NCBI GenBank assembly: GCA_964016885.1
Contig: OZ024742.1
Location: 83,762,001-83,826,000, forward strand
From: Eledone cirrhosa
Taxonomy: Eukaryota
Length of the DNA: 64,000 bases
Direction of reading: 5' to 3'
Program-made: the position numbers and the translations under genes
Notes under the pieces: generated by a model
Told to the model about the DNA's origin: nothing
The model's database searches: none
The model's input: only the letters and a program-made list of their open reading frames with translations
Shown here: positions 52,031 to 64,000 of the stretch, piece after piece
Layout: each line of letters opens with the position of its first letter
Numbering within the stretch: position 1 is the stretch's first letter

Positions 52031-52639
52031 GTTGACCCTTGTGACGTGCGGCCGATTGTCGCACTTAGTGGTGAATTAATGATTGTCTTTTTTCTTTCCT
52101 TTTCTTTTTCTCTCGTTTTGATCATATACTTATGTACATTATATTGGTGAGGTTCCAAGCAATAATTAATTGTATTTATTATAAGTGTTAATATTTTTAT
52201 TCGGTAAGAATTATAAATAATTTGTAATGTTATTTATACAACTGTAAATAATAACAAAAATTCCTATATATAACTTAAGTTGAATTCTACAGGTGAGTAA
52301 GCCATTTCTAGATGCATCCATTTGTTGCGTCATCTGAGCAACTCACCATTTTGGTTCGTTCTAGAATCAATTAGTAAAGGAGTGTATGTATAGATAGGAA
52401 AGAAATTAACTCTGACTAATAAATGCATCAAACACAGAATTGTAACAAATCATTTTTCGAAACGGAAACCAAATCGACATAATGCGTCATCTATAGTACA
52501 GAGAATATTAAATATTAAGACTATTTTAGTAATTTAAACTAGATTTATAAACATTTCTCTATGTAAAGATTTTATAAAATCTACATTTAAAAAAAAAATC
52601 ATTTAATGGAAAAATAAAAAAAATGTTAGTTTTGCGAAA

Positions 52640-52810
52640 AGACCCGAAGATGACGTCAATGTGAATGAGGAGGGAGGAGGATAAGCGAATAATATTCACA
52701 GTGATGTGACGTCATGTTGAATATGGCGCTTGTTGTTTTTACATGTGATCCTAAGAGATCCGAATTTAATTTTGGGGTCTTTCGTAACTGGCTGATTTCG
52801 AAAGGTTAGT
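52640..52810 (+). promoter_or_regulatory. Putative Pol II promoter and non-coding first exon
   Basis: Two perfect CRE palindromes TGACGTCA (52651-52658, 52707-52714), YY1-like AATATGGCG (52720-52728), donor-like AAG|GTTAGT at 52805, upstream TGCGTCA half sites. Lies in non-repetitive DNA upstream of the 57250 exon. Confidence 0.45.
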
Positions 52811-52938
52811 GGAAAACTAATTTCTTTTTAAATATTTTATATATTTATTCTGTTGGTTTAGTCTAAAGTAAGGGACCTTCCGCCATAATCATAGTGTATG
52901 AGCTTTATTTATAGTTACTCTGATATAGACACACAGAC

Positions 52939-53044
52939 ACATATAGGATGACAGAGAGAAAAATATTTAAGTGATGAAATATATATATACACACACACAT
53001 ATATTTCATCACTTAAATATTTTTCTCTCTGTCATCCTATATGT
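52939..53044. repeat. ~106-bp palindrome with TA/CA spacer
   Basis: ACATATAGGATGACAGAGAGAAAAATATTTAAGTGATGAAATATAT / ATATATTTCATCACTTAAATATTTTTCTCTCTGTCATCCTATATGT. Confidence 0.9.
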
Positions 53045-54689
53045 TTATAAAAATAGATGAGTTATTGCGTATTTCTACAGAGCTCTTCTGTCAAATTCTA
53101 ACGTTGTAACTAATGTTGCTGCTGCCCTGCTTTGTTTTGCTCATGGTCGACAAGGTTAACTCGTCAGAATTGTTTACTTTATAAATGCAAATTACATCAA
53201 CACTGCTTAATATCCAAGGCCCATATTTTTTAGCGGTCTCTCTCACGATATATATTACATTTTCAGAGATTTTTGTTCTTTCTCCTCCAAAATAAAAAAT
53301 TGTTCAAAAATGGATGTTGAGTACATCCCAAGATTAATCACATATATATATACATTTGTATCCACGTCGATCACCTAGAGTAGTCATAAGTAAATTTTAT
53401 AGCAGAAAACACAAGGCACGTGTATACACGTTTGAAAGATTTAGTATATTGAAAACAAAACACCAATCTCTCTCTCTACATATATATATATATATATATA
53501 TTAAAATGTTAAACAATATTCAAAGAGTATGTCAAAGAATGAGTTTTACAGTAGATTGGAAGCACTCTACGGTAAAAATAATTTTCAGGAGTTATTAATA
53601 TTAAAATATATATACATACATACATGTGTGTATATATATATACACACTGTATATTGTGTGTGTATATATATATGTATAAACTGAACACAATTTCCACATT
53701 TATATACACGTAAAAAAAATAACTTAAAATAATCTATCAATTTGACCACCGCTTTCGCATTATATTTTAGTATTTTAATGCTTTGCAGCAAAGAGTTACG
53801 GCCCTTTATGGTCTGAGTTCAAATCCCGCCGAGGTTAACTTTGCCTTTCATCCTTACGGAGTCGATAAAATAAAGTACCAGTAATGCACTGAGATAATAG
53901 CTGGCCTTGTTCCAAAAGTAGAAACAATTATTTTAGTATTTTAAAACTTCTCTGCAAAACTAAAATTAATCTAACTATTCTAACTAATACAAACGAAAGT
54001 TGAAAGATTTCTATTATTGTGTTCCACACTTTCGGACATATGCGACTGTCGGCTAAAAAGTTTATAGGTTGACCAAGATAGTCTCATAAAATTATCAAAT
54101 GAGGTTTATATTTCAACATAGTCCCTGGAAGGAAACAATGCAGTTCCCTGGAAGGAAACAATGCAGTTATTAATAAGAAGAGTTTAAATTAATGCATGTA
54201 AGATTTCACAGCTCAGGCATCACTCCTCCATAGTCAGGCTATGAAATTTTCTGCTGACCCTCGTATATACCAATACTATTTAATAATAGTTCTACTTTAA
54301 TTCACAAAAACAAACTAGCCAGTCGTCTTCTCAAGCAAGTCATATTTATTTTAAGTTAAAATCTAAAGAGATTTAATTAAAAAAGATGTGAAACTAACAT
54401 TAAAGCGATATCTCAGGACAACAAAAATTGCAACATGACTTAGCAAAATCTTTCCATAACCTTGTTATAGATATAAGTACTCGCCTGTAATCACTTGTAC
54501 TTTTGTACGATTGTGTGTATTTTATCTAGTGATTTAAACATTTTCATTTTATTTATCTTTAACTTTTTAACTTTGACCTTTCTTAATTTAACTTGTACAA
54601 AAGCCTCTTTTTTATTTATTAATATTGTTTGAACCACTTCTCATCGTTTCTATCGGAGAACTTTTCCACCTAGTGGGTTCTATAGAAAG

Positions 54690-54985
54690 TATAGCTGGTA
54701 TAATGTTCAGCTTACTTTAATGAGATTGTAGCTTCAGTTTCAGTTCTTTGGTGGCGCATTGTGTCCTTGAGCAAGTCGTTTTATTTTACGTTGCTTCAGT
54801 CCACTCAGCTGGGAAAAAATTTAATGAAAACTGATTCAAAGGGCCAGCTTTGTCACACATTGTTACTTTGAATCTTCATGAGAAGTATATTAATGGTGAA
54901 TGTGTCTGTGGAATACTCAGCTACTTGCACGTTAATTTCACAAACAAGTTAGCTGTTTCGTTGGTCGAACAACCGGAACCCCCTC
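54690..54985 (+). mobile_element. Old SINE of a second family
   Basis: TGTGTCCTTGAGCAAG..TT..CAGTCCACTCAGCTG resembles conserved central SINE domains. Confidence 0.5.
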
Positions 54986-55869
54986 CCCCCATTTACATAT
55001 AGCTTCTGCATGATCGATCATCCTACTAAAAATAGCAGTCATATCTCCTTCAGTTCACACCCTTGAATAATGGAAAGGCACTTTCAGTAATGTATTAGAA
55101 GCCTCAAAAAAAGATGGGGTAGTCTTGGTTGAAACGCCTTTGATCATTGGTCAGCTCGATTAGATCTTTTCTGGGTCGACTCCCCGCCAAAACCCCTTTA
55201 GTAGTGTGTTTTCATTAGATACGCACAATTGTTTTTATGTAATGAAATAGTTCCATTCTAATCACATGTCCGTAATATCGGAGCTGTGATCTCACAAACT
55301 TCTTAGAAAATAACGTCTTTAAGGTTGAAAAAAAAAATCAATGAAATTGATGTGGAAGGAGAAACTGACATTGAGAGAAAAGAAGCAACATTCTAGAATT
55401 TTAGTCATTTTTAACCACACGGCCACATGAACACTAGGTTAATTTTGCAAGACAATTTCTGAATAAATAGACTTATGGTCAAAAGCTATCCAGCCATGAC
55501 GATCGTGTCAGAAAAGGCTTGTGTAGGATTAAATTATTAATTATTTTATTTTTTAGACGGTAAGATGTGATATTAGGGAGATTTGGCTGTTGCTGCTTCT
55601 TAGCAGGGAAAGGGCTCCCGTAAAATGAATTCATCTTGATATGACAATAACTAGTTGGAAGGGGTGACAGCCGTGACCATTTCTAATTTTATTGATGTGT
55701 TTTAAGTAAAACTGTATTTCCAACGTGTCTTTTTGTTCTTCTAGTACTGTATATGGACCCCCACACACACATACATACATGGTAGATATGTGTGTAGCTA
55801 TAGTTACAGGCGATACTGGGGTTGCGGTTGACAGAAAATGTGTCCTTACGTGTGCTATCACTCAGGTCA

Positions 55870-56480
55870 TGGCTAGTGTGGGTGTTTGGGTTGCTATCAA
55901 CAAGCGTGTATAATGCAGCGCTATCTGTCTTATGCCAAGTCGTGGCTATATTTAGACGTAACTAACCGGGCACCCAGGTGGTCACCATGACCGTTAAGGC
56001 CAGTAGTTGGTGCGTGACCCTGCGTCCGTTTTAGTTTAGGGCTCATTCTGTTGGGTTTTGGTGTGCCTGCAGCCAAAGGGTACCCGCCGCGCGCAGTTAT
56101 ATCACCGTCACCATGTGACGGATCTCCGAATATCCGGCTTTAGCTAGTGTTGCGTTGTAATGCTCGACTTGCTGGTTGCATATTTCCTCGCTAGTGGATA
56201 GTGGATACTCTGTTGGAGACAATATTAACTATGGAGTTAAGGATGGCTCGGAGTGGTTAGAGTATCTATTAACGTACCTGGAGGCACTGATCTTGCTTGT
56301 GAAAAGGTCGGTACGAGCCGATGTCCAGCTTGAGGGTCACGTCGAGGAAATTAGCCGTCTTTATATTGCTGTCGAATTTACTGTCAACCCGTGGTTCTTA
56401 AAGTCGTTTCCTCGTCCTATCTAGTTGGCTGTCGGTGGAATGTCTCCAATTCCTGCCCCGCCCCAGCTAATGCAGGAAGT
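55870..56480 (-). mobile_element. Decayed Penelope-like RT C-terminal region
   Basis: Minus strand, across frameshifts: FKNHGLTV.FDSNIKTANFLDVTLKLDIGSYRPFHK...YVNRYSNH...ILNSIVNIVSNRVST...HYNATLAKAGYS. Matches the PLE NFLDVT.NL...Y.PY.KP...Y....SNHP...Y..AL..SGY pattern. Confidence 0.75.
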
Positions 56481-57249
56481 AAAAAAAAAAAGCCCGTTAC
56501 CTGCACCGAATCGCTGGAGCCCATTGTGATATCAAATTTGTCAAAGCGTCAAGTCTACTTACCCTTTCAGAGTTTTCCCTCGAAATCTATAAGCGTTTTC
56601 CTAACTGATATATATTTAGAGGTGCATAGGAAATGAAATTGTAACATTTGTCCCAAAGTTATTCGACGTTAGCGAATAGAAACCGACTCATTGAAAGCTA
56701 TCTTCTAGTTTATTTTTAATAGAAACACAGAGCCCATTTTGTATGAAATGACGAGTATTGATCAATTGAATTCTCTAGCATATTCACCATTGTTTGCTGG
56801 TGTGTGATGATACGGTCCTCAGCTAGGAGACATGCTATATTTGAAACAAAAGAGCTGTGGGGCGCACCTAGTCGTTCGACCAACTACCTGCTGCCATAAG
56901 CTTTGTCTGGGGCTACACAATACCGATTACAGAGGAACTCCTTGCATCATTTAAGACACTAAATTAGAAACAATTAAGGTGTCTAAAACGTCAGCATCTT
57001 AATCTCGTGGTACACGATCTTGATTTACTACGAAATTTATAATAAACATTGTTTTCGTCATCTTCACTGTCACACGTGGCAAGATTATAATTAAATATTT
57101 ATAAGATAAATATGTTTAATATATACTATTTTCTTATTAATTCTATATTTTTCTTCACTTTACAATCATCGTTCTCCTAATGCTTTGATATTTCTCTTCG
57201 CCTTTACTAATCATCGCTGACTAACCAAGTAGTCGATCGCCAGTAAACA

Positions 57250-57665
57250 ATGTCTGAAATCAATAACAATATCATTCAGCCTCCTGTTGGCCTCATCAAT
57301 GAAAAGACTGACAGTAACAGCAGGAACGTTAGTACTATTAGCAGTCTGGGCGGCGGTGTGACAGCGGCGGCGGCAAACAACACAATCATTGGTAATTCAT
57401 CCACTGCAACTGAAACAACTACAACAGCAGCAGCAGCAACAACTACTACCACTACTACTACTACAACTACTACTACGAGTGTTACCACTGCTACGAATAA
57501 CAATAACAACAACAACAACACTAACACTTCCACTAGCAGCAATATCAACAACAGCAATTGTAAAAACAATAACAGTACCGTTGCAGATATTCAGAATGAT
57601 TTTAGCAACTCCGATCTTGGATTACACAATGCTTTCGAACTGTTGGAGCTCGACTCCAAAACCTG
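57250..57665 (+). CDS. Probable first coding exon of a host gene; N/T/A homopolymer-rich N-terminus, product unknown
   Basis: AAACAATG start context. Mixed-codon poly-T/N/A runs stay in frame. Ends in unique sequence DLGLHNAFELLELDSKTW with donor TG|GTAAAT at 57666. Upstream pyrimidine tract, CTGACTAAC branch-like motif and CAG at 57241-57243. No downstream exon identified. Confidence 0.6.
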
Positions 57666-60600
57666 GTAAATATCCCACAATTTTCTTTAACTTTTTGTTT
57701 TAATTTCCTTATGAGTTATTTTATTAATAATTTAAATTCTAAAATTCACTACTGATTATTGATTAATTCACTCTTTTTTTCTCTCTCTCCATAAAATCCA
57801 ATCTAAAAATAGTCTCCGTCGTCGCTTCTTCCACCACCACTATTCATCATCATCATTATCAATCGAATGCAATGATGTAATCAACGCCTACACTCAACCT
57901 TTGATGTAGCGTTACAGCAAATATTTCATGTGACGCTGAATCGATCCATTCAAAACTGGATTCCTATTACCTATAACGATTTGCTATTTTTGAAAGCGTA
58001 GATGATACTCTTCAATCTATTTATATAGCTTAACCATTCTTTTATAAACACTCACACACATATATATATATATGCATTTATATCTTAAACATGCAAATAC
58101 TTTCAATGGTTACATTTACTATTTATTTCATGGATCTAAACTTAGTGTTTCATTTCGAAAACTCGTTTTTCAACTAAAGATCTAATTAACATTTTAAATT
58201 ATTTTTTTTTCTATGCCAGGTTGTTAGAAAATATTAATGATTTTTATTTTTAGATAGGTAATTGAAACGTTAACATTTTCAAAGTGTTAAATCTAAGGGA
58301 GATAAATGCAATATTTTGATTTACAATTGAGATTTTATAAAGTTCAACAGTTGAGTATGAGAAAGCTGGTGTTGGCAAATAGTTAGTAAGTACAAAAAGT
58401 TTGCAAAAGTGGCATGAATAATTTTGTTTTGAGAAGTAGATTAGTCTAGTATTCCGACAACCCCATTCATCTAAGCCCTGAACGATAGATTTCTTGTGAT
58501 AAAATTCCCTTCAGTATTCTTTAATCAATTTAAAAAGGACAGTATCGTTAGGAACCCTAGCTAACGTTCGGAGAGGCATAATTCTCTTCTTTGTTAAATT
58601 CTTGCAAATATTATCCCCGCCCATTGTTTTAAAAAAAGAATTTACAAATTTAAACGCTCCCTCGATTCACAAATATTTTTTAGGATTTCCCATAGTAGGA
58701 TTAGGACTATATAGGCTGGAATAAAGTGCTTTCAGTGTCTTTCACGATTTCCTTGAACTACAACCTCGTCTTATGTGCCAATTCAGTTTGGATTGATTGG
58801 CTGATGTCTACTGCTTCTGCGAGAACTGAAATCATGTCTCACCTACAATTTAAGAACTTGTCTTTGGCATAATTGGGATTTACCATATGAAGTTCTACTG
58901 ATTCCACTAGTGATTCGACTTTTGAATTATGTACACACCTACGCAAATATTCTGCACCAGTCTTGAAACGTCAAGTGGGAAGTGTTGATCTGGAAGTTTT
59001 TTCGAGAAAATAAGAGAAACTTTTCATGAGATATCTCGATGGTAGCTGTACATAGCACGCATCCAGCAACATGGTCCCTCATTGCGAAATGTTTAACTTT
59101 TTTACTTTCAATGACTGACAATATAGTACTAGATTATCCATTATTCCTGTCGTACTGCAACTTCTCTAAGGGATTATATGGCATCATACAGCTATTTAGA
59201 AACTATTTCAACTCAGAAGACAAAAACGTTTTCCTATTAGAATAAATGATGACATTGCAATAATAGAAAAGAAATGAGTTAGTCACTTCGTAACAGTAAA
59301 AGTACTTATATTATAATGGGGCTAGATGATAATCGATTATAATAGATATATATTCCAGTTAGACCAAGAAAATGTCCTTAAAGTTTATTGACAATCATTC
59401 ACATGCTTTTAAGGCATTTGGTGTAGACACACCATACTTCTTCAACAGAAAACGGTAGGTTACATATTTTTATAAAATGAAACATTCTTCTTATACCAGG
59501 ATGTACTAATGAATTATATAGTAATATTAAATTTAAAGTTGTAGTAGTACAAGTACAAGATAGATAATTAGCTGAAGGATTCTCTGAGCCAGATCTATAG
59601 TTTATATAGTGTATGATAGGGGCAAGTTTGTTTCTCCAGTGATAAGTGTTTAGATCAATTTTGCTAGATTTATGCCTGGATTATTCAGCCGATTATATGG
59701 GGAAGTGGATAATAGCCAAGCTCTGTAAAACAGTTATCTTGAGATCTACTCAAAGACTGTTTTTTTACTGGAAATTTATGTCCCTGAAACTAGTAAAAGA
59801 ATTGATCTATGATATGACCCATAGATGTTAACAGTGATATGTTTTACATTTCACATTTATACATTTTAGTCTGGCTGTAGTCATTGTACTGGTAATGTTT
59901 AACCCATTCTAGCAGGGAAAATGGATGTTAAATGACAGTGATGATGGTGATTGTCTAGATAGATACTGATTGCATTATCAAAGTGAAGTAATGTTTTACA
60001 ATTACACAGTTGCTTTTAAATTCGTGTTAAAATATTTAATGCAGTCAGCATTAGAAAGTTACTTAGAAATAATTACGTGGTGAGGAAAAGACAATATTAT
60101 TCAGTGCCTAATGTTTGAATGTTTCCATTAAGTATGAGATACAATTTTGAGATATGTTTTTAGTTTCTCAGTGAAGCAACTCTAGTGTGGGTTGGATAGG
60201 TAATTTGATAAAATATTTTATAGTTAAATAGCATTTCCGAGGCCAATCATGTTAAGTGTAAATAGTACATACTTTCACTTATTGAAAAGTGTAGTGCTGA
60301 TGCAACAAACTGTATTGTGGTAGTGCTGTTGCCATGATAAAAAGCACCGTCAAGTAGTAGAGGTGGTGTCAATAAAACTCACCTGGTACACACTTTGAAG
60401 GGTTTTATATTAGGAAGGGCATATAGCGGTTGGAACCATACCAGAATGGAATATATGTGCGAAAGTCGGTCATTAATCTGTCTAGCCTCTGAATGTGACG
60501 ACCCTTCTATCCCATGCAAGCATGGAAAATAAACATATGTTGATTGACTAATGCAGATTAGGTGTTTGAATCTAAAGGAGAATAATGCTAGCAGAGTGTA

Positions 60601-63600
60601 ACCAGTGACCATTAGCAGTTATCAGTTCAATACTGCTCGTTTCATTTTCAAGTCTTGATTAAATATATTTTAATATCAGATTTGATAGTTATTATATAAT
60701 GTAATATAATACTTTCTAGTTCCAATATTGTTTTTTTCCAAGTGAATACTGTCTGTTTGTTTGAATTGGTTTCACGTGGAAGAAATTATTCCATTATGGC
60801 ACAATATAGTCTATTGTAAGACAAAATATTTAGGAATGTTCTACAATCCTGTATTCCAAGCATGTCCTGTTCTGTTTGGTTCAGAATTACACTACATTTG
60901 TTTGGTTAATTTATTTGATATATTTTAGAACAATGTTAAACAAAACTTATTCAGCTGATATTAATATTATTGGGTGTAATTTTTACATCATTGTCAGTCA
61001 ACATTATAGAATATATTTTTCCAAGCTGGCATGGTCTTTAATACACAATTTTTCTGAAGAATTAAATTCTGTGTAATGTTCTCAGGTCTGACTTATCTCA
61101 TGGTTTTGTCTATTTTTTCTGTTATTGCCATTTACCTCACCAATGAAGTCACTTGAACTGCTAAAATAAGTATCCATGTCAACCTCAAATCACATCCTAC
61201 TATATCGAAAATGGAAAGATACTGTACTCATCATCGACTTTCCCTGTTAGAAAGAGTTGGATGGGTCTACATAGACTAAGCCAATACTGAAGCGGTGGCT
61301 ACTGATCTCCCAGATAAGCCAGGGATCTGTCATTTCGCTTATGTACAGTCCACGTTCTACCAAGTGCACAGGGGACGGTTGTTGTGTCTTTGACACCACT
61401 AAGGGTTCTCCCAACCCTTTATTTGGCAAGCTTTCTACAGCTGGATGCCCGCCCTTCCTGTTACCAACCATGGTTACAGTGTGTAAGTGTAGATCACTCG
61501 TGCCTTGACACAAGTGAAGGGTCTTCCCAACTCTTTGTTTCACAAGCCCTCCACAGTTGAATGCCCTTCTCATCACAAACCACAAGGGAGCAGCAGCTAG
61601 GCGCATGTGTGGGGAGGGGGCATGGGGTGTGTGCAGTGAGGGGGTGTAGTGGTGTTTAGGATAGCTGTTAGTGACCTGTGGTGGAAAGGGGGTGGGGGTC
61701 AGACCATATGTACCATCTTGAAAAAATAAACACATGATCAACACTTGAATGCTATTTATCATTAACTCTTTCATTTACATATTTCTAATGAAAGACACTG
61801 CTTAGGATTTTGAAAATAATCAAATTTAGAGGAATTTGGTAATATAACTAAGTTTCTCATTATTAAGCTGGTACTTGAAGTATAATGTAAAGGTTCTTTT
61901 ATAGAATTATGATAAAAGGTTTTTAGATAAATGTAAGCACTTCAAAAATGTTTTGTATTGTTGAACCAAGGTTGTTACAGGGTGTTTGGTATTGAAATGG
62001 TTAATATATTTGATGCATTCATTTTATTGTGAGCATTCAGATCGGGTCTATTTACAGTAGAATGAATGTTTGTTAAAGGAATCCAAGGATGAGGTGGTAT
62101 TGTTAAGCTGGGTGACAGATTAAGTTTATCATTCAAGATCAAGTACAATCTGTCTGACACATTTCTGCACAGTTTCTGTCAATCTAATTTCTCTCTAGGC
62201 TTAGGTTAAGGTTATATGAAAAGAACTTGTCCAAGGTGCCACACTGGTATTGGACCCAGAACTATGTGATTGCAAAACAAACTTCTTCACTGCATAGTGA
62301 TGACAGCACTCATGTCATAGCTTAGTCTATTTGTCCTCATTGTGTATCTGTTTGCCTTCTACTCCATACTTGCACACAGTTATCATCATCATCATTTTAA
62401 TGTCCACTTTCACTGCTAGCATATTTTGAATGGGTCTACATAGACCAACTCGGTACTGAAGTGGTGCTACTGATTTCTCTTCAAAATGGCTTTGACAAAG
62501 TTGCTTTATTTTATGAATTTGAATGTTAGTATCCCTCTGAATAATCATTGTTTTACATCAGTTTTGGTTAAGCAGACTTATAATAATTAGAGGCATTCCA
62601 GCTATGACTATCTTTAATTTTCTATATCAGGAACTATCTTGTCCGAATGTGTCCTGTTTTTAAAACAATGTGTGATTTGAAGGAATTTGGCTGTTATTTC
62701 TACCACATCAAGTGACTATATAGAGGCTCCTTTGTTGGTTTAATGGCATATACTGTTTAACCCTTTCATTACTATATTTCTAATAAAAGTTGCTGCCTAT
62801 GATTCTCAAATAATCAAGAATTCTAAGGTAATTAGTAATATAACTTAGTCCACACTGTAAAGTGGTTGTGTAGGAGACATGGTAAAAAGGCTCTCAGTCC
62901 ACACTGTAAATGTGGTTGGGGTTAGGTAGGGCATCCAGCCATAGAAAACCTGCCAGAAACAATTCTGTACAAGTGAGACATGGTCTCCCGATCAATCTCG
63001 CCTCAAGTGAGACAACACTGTCCAACCCACGCTAACGTGGAAGATGGACGTTAAACTATGATGATGATGATAACTCACTGTGACTGGTGTTTGGAACATA
63101 ACTTTACAAAAATTCTTACATAAATTTATGATAGAGAAAATGTTTAGATAAATATGTATACTTTGAAATAAACAGTTTTTCATCATAAATAAAACCCTGG
63201 CTGGTTTCAGGTGATTTGCTATCAAACAGGCTAATGCTAGCCAGAAACAGCAGACTTATTTTCCCCAAATGACAACCTATCTTCCATCTTCAAAAAGAAA
63301 GACCACATTGATCTTTATAGCTGCAATGCCTTTGATCATGTTTCTTCTCAATTAAAGTTTTTCTGAGATATGTATTATTATTTAAAAGGAAACATTTCCA
63401 GAAAGATTTCTGTATTATAACTTTTGTCAAAGATAGTGTTTAGAGAACACTTTACTCCTGCTGAGGGTGTAATGATCTCCCTAGTGCTGGTGGCATGATA
63501 AATAAACAACCCAAGTACAGTTAGTAAAGTGGTTAGAACTAGGAAGGATATCCAGCTGTAGAAACCATGCCAAAAACTGAACATATGAGTGGGATGTGTT

Positions 63601-64000
63601 TCTCCAAGGTGTTCCAGCTTAGATTATCCCATCTTTTGTATATCCAGGACTCTACTGTCAGGTGTATCCTTTCTTTTTGAATATAGTTGGGTCCAATTTG
63701 AGGGATATTTAACTACAATTTCTGGCAAGTTAAGTGACTACATATAAGCTACCCCATCAGATTATCTAAGGATTTATCAATTTCTGTAGTTTTATTTCAA
63801 TGTTAAGTTTATGATTTTAATCAAATAACATTTTGTGGGTATCATTATTAAGGATTATGTTTATGTGCATTTATTTTGCACTTTCAATATTTTGAAGATG
63901 ATTGTCAAACCTTTATTTGTGATGTAATTCTCCTTTTAATATTCAAAGAAATTTGAAACTTAAGTTGTATAAAACATTGATGTTTTAGAGAGAGTCAAAA

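Noticed and set aside
53130-53170. Minus-strand CTGACGA...CAAAAC
   Set aside because: No GAAA, weak stem II and no stem I.
58850-59260. FMRYLDGSC-like stretch resembling an RT catalytic motif
   Set aside because: Lacks the second Asp and flanking motifs could not be recovered. Possibly very old PLE debris but unsupported.

Overview
AT-rich, microsatellite-dense eukaryotic genomic DNA. The repeat repertoire (R4/Dong, RTE, CR1 and Tx1 LINEs, tRNA-headed SINEs, Helitron debris, huge (TA)n/(CA)n tracts) suggests a coleoid cephalopod such as Octopus; this is an inference. Most predicted ORFs are microsatellite or antisense artefacts. Real protein-coding signal is almost all decayed transposon: Penelope-like (PLE) RT pieces at 1-290 and 55.9-56.5 kb, a stack of R4/Dong and Tx1-like LINEs inside one (TAA)n array at 3.6-14.9 kb, a near full-length CR1 at 39-43.2 kb, and a Buster/Charlie hAT with TIRs and an 8-bp TSD at 43.2-45.9 kb. 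One probable host gene starts late in the window: a CRE/YY1 promoter-like region at about 52.7 kb and a low-complexity coding exon at 57250-57665. The main unexplained signal is non-coding. The first 32 kb hold about 15 type-I hammerhead ribozyme (HHR) motifs from roughly 9 distinct sequence families, found and folded by eye. They have palindromic stem III, natural core variants (U3-A8, A4, C4) and some very large stem-II inserts. They lie in short non-coding units inside (TA)n that show tandem or circularly permuted ends and fold-back inversions. This is the signature of a diverse set of PLE-mobilised retrozymes / pLTR-derived elements. All RNA folds are manual and untested.
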